Below, piece after piece: positions 13,082 to 24,224 of a stretch of 64,000 nt of DNA. Position 1 is the stretch's first letter, and every line of letters begins with the position of its first letter. The stretch covers positions 47,976,043 through 48,040,042 of the forward strand of contig NC_057728.1 in the NCBI RefSeq assembly GCF_004010195.1. Direction: 5' to 3'. The translations under genes were made by a program, and so were the position numbers. This DNA is from Chiloscyllium plagiosum (taxonomy: Eukaryota). The notes under the pieces were generated by a model. The model worked only from the letters and a program-made list of their open reading frames with translations, was not told where the DNA came from and ran no database searches.

Positions 13082-13280
13082 AGTTAAAAATCACACCACA
13101 CTAGATTATAGTCCAACAGGTTTAATTGGAAGCACACTAGCTTTCGGACCACCTGATGAAGGAGCAGCGCTCCAAAAACTAGTGTGCTTCCAATTAAACC
13201 TGTTGGACTATAACCTGATGTTGTGTGATTTTTAACTTTGTACACCCCAGTCCAACACCAGCATCTCCAAACATTGACTA
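13082..13280. mobile_element. Palindromic Penelope derivative (family B)
   Basis: Same inverted arms as 11687-11931; TSD ctatgtaaacaa at 13070-13081 and 13281-13292. Confidence 0.85.
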
Positions 13281-14854
13281 CTATGTAAACAATGTCTACT
13301 GCTCTGCCCAGGGCGCAGTTAAGTGTCAATCTCTTTGTTGTGGGCCTGAAATTACATGTAAGGGAAGGGAATGTGATATAATGTATGAATATAGGAACAG
13401 AAGTAGACCATTTAACCTTTGAGCCTGCTTCACCACTCAATAAGATCCTGGCTGATTTGGTTTGTGGTTTGATTTCCACTTATCTGCCCATCCCAATTCC
13501 CTTCCCTATCAAGAATCTATCTACCCCGCCTTAAAAATATTCTTTCTGAAGCAGAGAGTTCCAAAGTTACATGACCCTCTGAGAGCAAGACATTCTTATC
13601 ATCTCTGTCCTAAAAGGTCAATCATGGCTGATCTTTTACTTTAGTTGCTCTTCTAACATCCCAAAATTCCACGTGGTGTTTTTGACTGGCACAGACCCAA
13701 TGGGCCAAACAGCTTTCTTCTGTGCTGCAAACCTCTATGACAACACACTTTCCACATGGAGTCCATTCAAATACCAGATTTGCTTCCATAAAGGGACAAT
13801 AGTGAACCAGATGGGATAGTTATCCTCAACAGGCTAATCAACCTGTTCAGAAATTTTATGACACATCTCTGGTACAGGTGGGACTTGAACTCAGGCATCC
13901 AGGCTCAGAGTTTGGGGCCCTACCATCACTCCCTCAGACCAGCTTTACTTCCAGATTTATTCATTGAATTCCAACTCCAGCAGATGGAGGAATTTGAACC
14001 CAGAACCTTAAAACATGAGTGTGACTGTTTGGATTACCAGTCCAGTGAAATTACCACTATCCTGTCATTTCCTACCACTGTGTCATCATCTCCAATGTAT
14101 AATCTGAGAGAAAGAGTGGGATGGAGACAGGGAAAGGGATAGAGAGACACTTCTGTTTTCCAATACTGCATTTAATGGATCTGATCAAACTTTGGTCATA
14201 ACATTGAACTCTTAGGTTCATGCCATTAAGCTATGGATTCTTATTGTTAATAAAGCTTTATCCAGGAACATCTAATCAAGTGTAAGAGCCTTCCTCATTT
14301 CCTGAGAGGGGCTGGATAGCGTAATTAAGGGGTTGTCAAGCTAAATTCTGAAGGGATGCTATGCCTGGCTGGGAAATTTAGAATTATATCTTAAGGTCTC
14401 AAGGTGAGGGATTAGGCGTTTATGGCTGAGATTAGGAGAGAGTTTTTCATTTAAACAATTGTGGACTTTTATGATTTTGGAAAGGTAGCTAAGGTCAACC
14501 ATGACCTTATCAGCCAGGATGGTGGATCAGGCTTGAGGGCAGAATGAATTACTCCAGTTTCTGTTTCTCATGCTGGATTACCAGTCTTTAACAGCATACT
14601 ACTGCTGTGCACCAACACTGAGCATGTTGGAGGACTTGCTGTCTTTCACGCCTTAGTCTTCCATTTTAAATGGAGCAGTGAAGCTGATTTAGCACCGGGC
14701 CATGGTAAATACATTTGACTTAACCCACAGCACGTGACTGCAATCTGTTCTAATCATGCAAATGAAATGGATCCCCACTCTATTTTATCTTTCATGATTT
14801 GCATTCCCCTTAATGGACATTGCCCTATTTTTACTAAAATACTGGTTCAGAGAT

Positions 14855-15460
14855 GTTATTACACATCTCTGGAGCTGGTGGGTCTTCAACCATATCTCTC
14901 TGTTCCTGGGGTAGGAACACTGCTAATGCACCACAAGAGAGCCCATTAACGGGAACTACCTGTTCAGACATGTTCTAGCACACCAAGGAGCAGATTGGAA
15001 TTGAACCTGGGCCTCTCCAGTTCAAGAATAACGACAGTATCACTATTCCACAGGAGGGCTTATAATGCAAATAATTAAATTGGAAACATGGGTAATTTAC
15101 TGGTGGTGGTCAATAGATGACATTGTTAATGTACCATGGTAATTTGATGATGGAAAAAGTGTCCAGTTGAGTGTAAGTACAATTCCAGATATAATTTCAA
15201 AAATGCATTGGATATAAATGCAACAGTGCCTCAGTGGTAGTGTCCCTAAGGCTAAGCCAGTAGGTCTAGGTTCAAGTCCTACCTCCTCCAGAGGTGTATC
15301 ATAGCATCCCCGAATGAATTGATGAGAAAATATCTTAATAAAATCAATAGAGGCTATTCTGGTGTATCCCTGACTCCGGACTTGAAGGCCTGGGATCAAG
15401 TCCCACCTGCTCCAGAGATGTATAATGACACCTCTGACCAGGTTGATTTCGAAAAATATG
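14855..15460. mobile_element. Cluster of four short tRNA-derived SINE heads (two on -, two on +)
   Basis: B boxes ggttcaagtcc (15269) and ggatcaagtcc (15393), each followed by cacctgctccagag-like sequence; reverse copies at ~14860-14945 and ~14978-15060; relatives at ~13860 and ~32310. Confidence 0.6.
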
Positions 15461-15529
15461 AATGACTTCCACTGAAAAAAAAAGTCACTTGGAGATTTTT
15501 CGTCACCCCCACTGCTCATACCACACCCC

Positions 15530-16520
15530 CTCCCCTCCTGAAACTGACAGCCGCGTGGGACGGCGAAGGGGTCTTGAAATTTCGGTGCCAACATTTTCCG
15601 CCGACCTTCAACGAAACGCTGCACTTGTCAGACCGAAAGTTCAATGTTAAACACACGCGATGTTTTGTTGCTAGGAGGTGCTTTACCGCTACCAGCGTCT
15701 CCCACCTCCACTACCCCCCCCCCCCCGCCCCCAACCTACAGCCATTCGCCCAGCCTCCCCTCCCCTCCCCTTCCCTCCCTCTGTCTCCCTTTGCGCTGCT
15801 GGAATTGCAGACCTGTCTTGGGGAGGTGGGGGAAGCAGACGGAGCCTCAGATCCATTATGCATTAGGGCTGCGTCCCGGCTGCGACGGTGATGCGACCGA
15901 CGCAGAGTGCCCGCTGGTTGCTGAGCTAGTCTGCTTGGCTCCTACCTCTCCTCCCCTCTGGAGAGCGGCGCTGGGCTGGGCAGATCTCTGTGCTGCTGAT
16001 ACCTGGCGGTGGATGGTGACAGTGTGCGGACACCATGCAGGGCTGGCTCGGTATCCGGCTCATATGCGCCCTGCTTCAGCTCCAGATTGCAGGTAGGTCC
16101 CTCTACATCTGACTTTTCAATCTGCAGCCCCTGAGCAGCGGTGCGTTTTAAAACAGTGCATTTACGACTTGGATAGGGGCAATGATGCGGGGAGGCTCCC
16201 TTCCCCACCACCCCAAACAAAAAAAAAGACGGATGTCAAATCCACCCTTGGAACTTGTTGAAATGCAGCTGCCGTTCTCTCCAGGTGACATTTCGGAGGG
16301 TTTGTCTAATATAGCTACAGATCAAAATGGAAATGCTGGGATCAGTATCAGCCTGGGCTCACCGTCCGCTCAGCGGGAGAGCGGCGAGGCCTCCCTTGGC
16401 ATCGTGCCTCTGTCAATCCGAAGTACCTCAGGGGTTTGGAGGGCGCTGGGGCTACAGTGCATTCTCAGGCCCCTGTTGCAGCACCAGGGTTAGCGCAGCC
16501 CGGCGAGCGCTAGGGATAAA
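15530..16520 (+). promoter_or_regulatory. PTPRR: CpG island / PTPRR promoter and 5' UTR
   Basis: Sharp local rise in CpG and GC content against a CpG-depleted background, surrounding exon 1; C-rich tract at 15713-15790. The TSS cannot be determined from sequence. Confidence 0.8.
16035..16092 (+). CDS. PTPRR: PTPRR coding exon 1 (signal peptide MQGWLGIRLICALLQLQIA-G)
   Basis: ATG in cACCATGc context inside a CpG island; 58 nt ending at the donor AG|GTAGGT (phase 1). It joins exon 2 in frame to give ...LLQLQIAGCFSGDQEYFKIRSQKKS..., which matches the PTPRR N-terminus as I recall it from human (...LLNLHAAGCFSGNNDHFLAINQKKSGKP). Confidence 0.93.
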
Positions 16521-16759
16521 TAAATATCCCAACCACTGGGCATGCAGCGAGTTCTCTGTGCAACACCCACAGCGTTTTCAGAACAGCAGCACTCTGCACA
16601 TACTGCAGGGACCCAAACAATTCGGACTTTGATCTACTTGAGGTCCTGGAGTGCACTGCAGGGTTGGACCCTCCAGTTTTTGTTCGCTGATGAAATATGG
16701 TGTAGGAAGCGCCACATTTCATCACTGAATAAAATGAGTGAGGCAAGATTTTGGCTCAG

Positions 16760-17830
16760 CAACACTGAAGGATTGGCACTTATCGATCCCAGGTTAGGGT
16801 GGTATATGGCTTGTTGGAGACCATTCAACTGGTGGTATTCCCTTATATCTGCTGCCCTTGTGTTTCTAGGAGGTAAAAGTTGTGGGTATGGAAGATGCTG
16901 TCAAAGAGAGCTGAGTGAGATGCTGTACTGCACATTGTAGATGCTCCACCCTACTGCCAATGTGCATTGATGTTGGAGGAATTGAATGTGAAAGGCATTA
17001 GGTAGGGTACTAATCAATGGAGGGTTTTGTTCTAGAATATTCTGAGCTTCTTGAGTGTTGCTGGAGCTGAATTAATCTACAAGCAGGGAGCATTCCATCA
17101 CACTCCTGTCTTGGACAGGCACTGAAGAGTCAGAAGGTGAATCATCTGCAAAATATCCAGCCCCTGATCTGCTCCTCCAGCTACAGTATTTCAATATTTT
17201 TCTGGTCAGTGGTAACCCTCAGAATGCTAATGGTAGGGATTTGGGAGTGGCAATACCATTGAATGTCAAGGAGAGATGTTTAAATTTTCTATCACAGATG
17301 GTCATTACCTGGCTCTTGTGTGGCACGAAGGTTACTTGCCATTTGTCACTTTTCCTGCATTTCAATATGGACTCCTTCAGTATCTGCAGAATTGTTAATG
17401 ATTTTTTCATAGAATCCCTACAGTATGGAAACAGACCATTTATCCCAACAAGTCCACACTGACCTTCCAAAGAGTGACCCACCTAAAACCATTCCCCTAC
17501 CATATTAACCCCTGACTAATGCACTAACTTACACATCCCTGAACACTGGGCAATTTAGCACAGCCAGTTCACCAAACCTGCATATCCTTGGATTGTGGGT
17601 GGTAACTGGAGGACCCAGAGGGAACCCACACAGACACTCACCTGAGGCTGGAATTGAACCTGGGCCCCTGGCACTGAGGCAACAGTGCTAACAACTGAGC
17701 CACGATGCCATGATGGAACACTGTGCAATCATTTGTGAACATCCCCACTTCTGACTTTATAATAGAGGAAAGTTTGTTGATGAAGCAGCTGAAGATGGGT
17801 GGACCTGAAACACTATATTGCGGAGCTGCT
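16760..17830 (-). mobile_element. CR1/L2-class LINE 3' fragment with an inserted SINE
   Basis: Reverse complement of the 2770-3480 family (ccattgaatgtcaagg, gagcttcttgagtgttgctggagctg). Confidence 0.7.
17408..17712 (-). mobile_element. tRNA-derived SINE (HE1/V-SINE type)
   Basis: Reverse complement of the 10241-10559 family. Confidence 0.85.
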
Positions 17831-18359
17831 GAAGTGATAGAATTATGGATTTATTGTGACACAGAAAGCAATTTGATCCATTGTGCCTCTGCAGGCCCTC
17901 CTAGGAAGCAGTTTATATCCTGCCAATATCTGTCCTCTCCCTACATCTCTGCATATTCCTCCTGTTTAGATATTTAAAAGCTGTGGAAAAATTTACAGAA
18001 CAGAAGGAAGCTATTCTGCCCATTGCGTCTGTCTCTACCAGATTCTTGACCTTCCTGCAGAGAGGCCATGATATCTATCATGTTTTGTTTATTTAATTGT
18101 TCAAGGGATGTGAGTATTGCTGGCTGGGCCAACATTTATTGTTTATCCCTAATTGCCCTTGTGAAGAAGATAGTCAGCCATATTCAGAACACACTCACAG
18201 TGCTGTTGGAAAGGGTGCTTCAGGATTGGCAGTAAAGTAATGGTGACCTAGCTTCAAGACAAAATAGTTCATGTCTTGGATGATCATAGTGGTGGTGTTT
18301 TCATTGATCTGCTGCTCTTGATGTCATGGATCCAGAAGGTGCTGTTGAAACAGCAGTCA

Positions 18360-18446
18360 AAGAGTGTGGTACTGGAAAAGCACAGCCAGTCAGGCAGCAT
18401 CCAAGGAGCAGGAGAGTCAGTATTTCAAGCATAAACTCTTCATCAG
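18360..18446 (-). mobile_element. Penelope pLTR fragment (family A, degenerate hammerhead)
   Basis: gtggtactggaaaagcacagccagtcaggcagcatcc...tttcaagcataaactcttcatcag. Confidence 0.75.
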
Positions 18447-20009
18447 TCCACTTAAACTAAAAGAATATGGCCCAGGACTGTGCTTTCAACATTTCACTCA
18501 AATAGCTTTGCTCCGACTATTAGAAACCCCTTATTTCTACAAAGAACTGGGTGCAAATAAATATATCAGTAGTAATGTTGTGATCTTAAGCTTGCAAGCT
18601 TCTCAATCAGAGGTGAGAGTGCTCCTGATTGAGCCAATTTGGTACTTCACCCATTAAGCTCTGCACACTGTGGAAATTCAGAGATAAGTGCTGGGTGCTC
18701 CAAAGGGAGCAAACGAACATCAAAGTCATTCTGTGTCTGAGGAATGTATAATGGGTTTGGAAGAGTGGCTGAATGGATTACTAAAACCCTGAAGCAGAAT
18801 AAATTATTCACTGCATTTCTCTGAAGATTTTGTTTATACCACTTGTGTGCAATGAAATGAATAAAATTTAAGCTACATTCTTGGAAATTCTTTTCTATTA
18901 ATTTAGCAGGTGCTTTAATACATTTTGCAAGATTATGTGAACTGCCTGTCACTGCTCTTCCAATGTAAACAGCTGTCATCATGAAAATTCACCAAGAGAT
19001 GGTAGCTCACAATAGAATTTAATAAAAAATTCTCATTCAGAATATCAGGATGTTTCATTAGCTCCAAAACAAAATTTAGAAGGGAAGAAAATCTAAAGCA
19101 GCTCAGAATTAAGAGTCCAGTTATTGGTTTGTCTGCGCTGCATCAATAATATTTCATTTCTAACCTATCTTTGCTTTAAGACATAGAATTTTGCCTACTA
19201 TAATCCATTAATGACTATAATTTCATGGAAGATTGGCTCATTAAAGAATAAAGTAAGTTAAGTGTCTACAATTTTAGAAGTAAAAGGATGTGTACAAGTG
19301 ATTGTTTGATATTTAATCAAAAGCAAAATATTGTGTATATGGGAAAATTGTAAAATATTCAGAAAATATTAGAAACGCGTTGATTGCCAGCCTTAGGGAG
19401 ACAGAGTTCTAAGGTGTGGTTACAACCCATTCAAAACCCATCCACCTACACAAAGTTAAAATCAGATCCAGTGTTTCAGGTTGATGAGCTCCTGTTTTCT
19501 AAAAGATCATTGACCTGAAACATTAACTTCAATACTACCTGAATTGTTGAGTGTTTCCAGAAGTTTCTGCTTTTATTCATGTGAAATATTTGGTTTTCAA
19601 GAAGACTTCATGATATCTCTGTGTTGTAAAATCTGTCCTTCACAAATTTTGGACCTTAAGAAATAGTCATCAGAAGTATAAAGACACCGATGAATTGTTA
19701 TCTGCAAATTAGTTGAATCTGATGATATATTCTTGTAGAGTTGTTCGAACAGTGCTTAAGATCTATTAAATGATCTTTGAATCAACAAACAGTAATGGAT
19801 TCACAAGATCAGGATTTCCAACTTTAAAAAAAAACTAAAAAAAAAGTACTGTCCAAAAGTCCAAACTATTGCACCATAATTCTTCTTTCCTACTTTCCAC
19901 ACCCCTGCCAATTTAAACCCTCTCCAGCCACACTAGTGAACCTTCCCACAATGACATTGAACATGGTCCTATTGGGGCCCAATCTATCCCTTCTGAATAT
20001 TGTTTTCTG

Positions 20010-20446
20010 TTCTGGATATAAGTTTGCTCGCTGAGCTGGAAGGTTCATGTTCAGACATTTTGTCACCATACTAGGTAACATCTTCAGTGAGTCTCTAGAC
20101 GAAACTTCCTAGGATGAACAAAGATAAAAATCACACAACACCAGATTATAGTCCAACAGGTTTAATTGGAAGCACACTAGCTTTCGGAGCGCTGCTCCTT
20201 CATCAGGTGATGAAGCGGCATTCTGAAAGCTAGTATGCTTCCAAATAAACCTGTTGGACTATAACCTGGTATTGTATGATTTTTAACTTTGTACACCCCA
20301 GTCCAACACCGTCATCTCCAAATCATTTCGAGGATGAAGTTACCTAGTATGGTGATGAAACATCTGAACATGAACCTTCCAGCTCAGCGAGCAAACCTAC
20401 ATCCAGAACCTCAACCTGAGCTACAAATCTTCTCAAAGCTTGCTAA
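20010..20446. mobile_element. Inverted-arm Penelope derivative (family C) with a family B palindrome nested at its centre
   Basis: Outer arms 20010-20090 and 20339-20408 are reverse complements; inner element 20119-20325 has an intact minus-strand core at 20178-20206; TSD-like ttcctaggatgaa / tttcgaggatgaa. Confidence 0.82.
20178..20206 (-). ncRNA. Minimal type-I hammerhead ribozyme core (family B, intact)
   Basis: Reverse strand reads cac-CUGAUGA-aGGAGC-agc-GCUCC-GAAA-GC-UA-gug: stem II, palindromic AGCU, CUA triplet and a 3-bp stem I (CAC/GUG). Confidence 0.78.
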
Positions 20447-23400
20447 TTGTTTTCAGTCTCAGAATTGGCCCCAATGCCCAGTAATGTCCAATGTAAAGCC
20501 AGAATGTAAGTTTGCATTAGAGTGTGCTAACGGTTCCTTCCTTAAATACATAATATAATCACATTCGTTTTATACATTGACTTTGCCTGCCCGCTAGGAT
20601 TGTATTCCACAAACAAAAGGAATGATTTAGTGGGTAGATAGGTTGGTGCAGACTCAGAGGGCCGAAGGCCAATTCTGTGCCCTATGACTCTGTGACCTCA
20701 ATACTGTCCACTGTCATTAGTACCAACACACACCACAATATTTAGCTCCTCTTCCTTCCACTTACAAAATGTTCTGCACCCTCTCTTTCCATTAATATGA
20801 GGCATGCAATGCACTATGTGTGACTCATGAAGCCAATTACAGAAATGGCTCCCTGTTTCTCCTCATCATAGTCTGACTGTGGCATCTCCTATAACAACTG
20901 CATGTCATTGTTCCCTACTCTACAGTCTCTTATTCATTGATCTGGGCTGCATTCCTTCAGAGCATTGTCACTTCCAACAGTCTCTAATGCTGACTAGCTA
21001 TTTGGAAATGGCACTCACTCCAAAGACCTCTATGCTACCTGCCTCTTCCTACTCTTTTGGATGGCCATCACCTACTACATTGACCTCACTACCTGTCAAG
21101 CGACCACTTTCTGGACTGTATTCTTCCTTCTCGATATACTACAGTGATTCCAGTTGCCTGAAAAATTCTGAGCTCAAGTTAGAGTCACTTCCTACAAAGA
21201 TGATACCCAAGTCAGATGTCCTGAAGTTCCCATCTACACAGGAATTGCAAACAACATGTCACAGGTGCCCATCCATGATGAAAATAAAAAAAACCCTCTG
21301 TTCCCATTAGTACCCTTTTTAAGTTATTAATTTTAATGAATATCTTTAGGACTCCTGTGTTTAAAACCTATCAATTAAATTATGTTTATGCGAACCTTAA
21401 TTGAACATTTTTTTCATTTTCTAACTCCTAATTTGAACATATATCCTAGCTTGGAGAGAGAAAAGAGGAAAATAGTCAGCTACTTCCTTGTGCTGCCATA
21501 CTTTGATTTTCCTTTGAATATCTTTGGTCAGCTGTGAACCACAGACTGTTCCACACCGCGCTCTCTTGCGATACCTCTTCAGTCCTCTTGCTGCACTCTC
21601 TTTGTTTCCTCTCAATCTCCCTTTTTGGTAACATTGGTAGAAATGTGGAGCTCATTCCCACAAAAACTATTGATGCTTGCTCAACAATAATTTTAAATCA
21701 GAGAGCAATTTATTTTTCCTCGCCGGAAAAGAACGTAGAGCCAACTGGATGAATGCTGTCAAGGTACAGATTAGCTGTGATCTCATTGAATGGCAGAGTG
21801 TGCATGAAGGGCTGAATATTCTATTATCCTGTAACTAAGTCTTGTTTCATCCAATGTATTGGGGATGATTGGTGTCAGTGTTAAAATAGATATGAACTGG
21901 TGCCAATCTTGCCACAATGTAACTTGTTGGTACTGCTCATATTTCACAGGTCAATCCATCTGTGTAACCATGCACAGATCCAATTGTAAATTTGCATAGA
22001 TGTAGAAAAGCATCATATGAATTACCCATCGATATATTTTTCAGCTAATGCTTAAGCAAGGTTAATGAGAGAAAAAAGGCAGTTAATTTTCAGAATTGCT
22101 ATGGAAACAGTTAATTGCCAATAATCTTTTTGATTTTCCCATGCCTGTTTATTTATTTAAAGGCTGTATTTCTTTTTTAATTCAGAAATCTATTTAGGGA
22201 AGATAGTCAAATAAAAAATGACTATCACTGGGTGTTGAAAGCCAGGTATAAATTAAATTTAACAAAACAATTAAATGGAAGTATTACAATAGGACAGGAA
22301 TCTGTGACCTTAACACAAGAATAAAATGTTTTAAAAATATAGTTAAAAACACAATTATCTTAAGAATCTCAGTGCTGTTACTCAAATACCAACAATAATG
22401 GAAAACAGGACCAAGACAGATTTCTGCAGTATTTTAAAGTTTTTCATGAAATACAGATGTTAATTGAATAATACTTTCTTACAAATACAATGTTAACAAA
22501 TGTTTAAAAAAATGAAGCAAGCCATTTATTTACCAAAGTGGGTTTGATCGATTAAGGTCAGGAGCTGTCTTTGAGTTCTCAATGGGCAGGATGCAGCATC
22601 AGAACTATATGTTTCAGATCCATACAATAAGCTGACAAAAATTATAGCAGTCTATAGAGATCTTAAAGCACTTCAACTAAGCAGAGATTTTGCCTGATTA
22701 AAGCAAGAGCTGAGGAAATGCTGCGCTAATGAATAAGGGAAGGGAAGCTTAGACATAGATATAAGGTCTAAACAAATGGTGGAATGACCCCTTCCAAAAT
22801 GGAGATGAGGCTGCATGAAGTAATTAAGAGGATACAATAAAAAGTTAGAAGTAACCTCAAAACTGTTGAGTAAATGTCTTTTTGGTTCTTTAAACATACT
22901 TTTGTAACAGCTCAGTACCCAACAACACCGAATGGTATGATTTGGAAACCGCATACATCCAATATAAAGCCATGAAATAAGTTTCCATTCGCATCTGTTA
23001 ACTATCCTTATTTTGTGTATATTATGTAACCTCATTTGTTTCAATAGTAGCTTCTCCTGCCCACTAGGAATGCATTCCATGAAAAAAAGGGGAAGATTTA
23101 GGCATTCCTGTCCTTTTTCAACTCACAACTTAGTGAATTGGTGTGTGCCCTCTGCCAAGCCTAAACTATTGCCTACAGAAAAGAACAGCAGACCTGGACA
23201 CAGACTAATCCAAGTACTTGGTATATGCACATGGAAAATTTGGTGCATATTAGCTTCTGCTTCTAGAAAACAGTAAAATAATTATTTATACATTTTCTTA
23301 ATGAGATAATTGCAGTATGAACCAGTATGCTTGAAAGGTCGTGGGCTAGAGTAATGACTATGTTTTGAATTCTTGGATAAGCTGCCAGATAAACCTATCC

Positions 23401-23573
23401 CATGTGGCTAATCCTACTTACAAATCGAACCTTTGTATTTAAGTAGCAATGAATTTAACTTTAGCATCATAGGACAAAACAGTATAAGCCAACTAATGGC
23501 AAAAATATTGTATTAATTGTAGAATATATTGCAGAAAATGTAATTGGCCTCCCTCAAATTGTTTTCTTTTCAG

Positions 23574-23896
23574 GTTGCTTTTCAGGAGATCAGGAATACT
23601 TCAAGATCAGAAGTCAGAAGAAGTCAGCTAGCAATGGCAAGCCAATGATGATTTATCAGAAAGTACAGAGCATCAATAAAGGCTTGGACTTGAGTAGCAC
23701 AGAGATGCCAAGAAGCACAATAAAAATGCCACCATTGAGCAAGTATACAGACCAAAGCAGACCTCATCCTGCCATGATTGTCAAATCCGTTTTACCTCGA
23801 GTATCCAATGAGCGAAGCATTCATTTTGTAACAAACAATGACCATCAGTTAGAAATTGAAAAGCTTCCTATTCCTGAAGATGACTTGATTTCAGTG
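23574..23896 (+). CDS. PTPRR: PTPRR coding exon 2 (extracellular region)
   Basis: Acceptor ttttcttttcag|, donor GTG|gtgagt, 323 nt, phase 1 to 0. Encodes GCFSGDQEYFKIRSQKKSASNGKPMMIYQKVQSINKGLDL...IVKSVLPRVSNERSIHFVTNNDHQLEIEKLPIPEDDLISV, similar to recalled human GKPVFIYKHSQDIEKSLDI...IVNSAFPR...LEVENLPIPAANVIVV. Confidence 0.95.
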
Positions 23897-24100
23897 GTGA
23901 GTATTGGTATAAAAAATACAAGACAACTTTGCTTTGATAAGTTTTTCTTTGAGAGCCATTATGATGATCTACAGCACAGAAGCAGTTTGTTATCCCCATA
24001 AGAGTGTGTGCTCCAGATGGATCCTCTCTCCTCTTTCCTCATCTAACTTTGTCACTTCATGCTTTTTCCCTCTGCTGCTTATTCAGCTTCCCCTTAAACA

Positions 24101-24224
24101 CAAAATAAAACAAAGAACGGAAGATGCTGGAGATCTGAAAACAAACAAATGCAGAAATTGCTGGAGAAACCATGGAGAGAAAACAGAGTTAAGGTTTTGA
24201 ATCCAATGAACCTTCTTCAGAACA
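24101..24224 (-). mobile_element. Penelope pLTR fragment (family D)
   Basis: gatgctggagatctgaaaac...agaaattgctggagaaac...cagagttaaggttttga...ccttcttcagaac. Confidence 0.65.

Larger units (their letters stand above)
10560..13310 (-). mobile_element. CR1 LINE 3' half (RT), interrupted by three Penelope-derived insertions
   Basis: SSVPQGSAQGPILFVIYINDL..SKFVDDTKV..WQMMFNLDKCHVLHFG (11179-11541); the GRAVDIVYI segment resumes at 13281-13310. Confidence 0.9.

Noticed and set aside
11687..13280. Repeated arms as a CRISPR array or prokaryotic system
   Set aside because: Eukaryotic context, the repeats are inverted and dispersed, there is no regular repeat-spacer period and no cas genes.
15644..16096. 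150-aa ORF over the CpG island as the PTPRR N-terminus
   Set aside because: Wrong frame: spliced to exon 2 it stops at 23629. The PTPRR-like frame starts at ATG 16035.
23645..24001. 118-aa ORF as a standalone gene
   Set aside because: It is the internal part of PTPRR exon 2 plus read-through past the donor at 23897.
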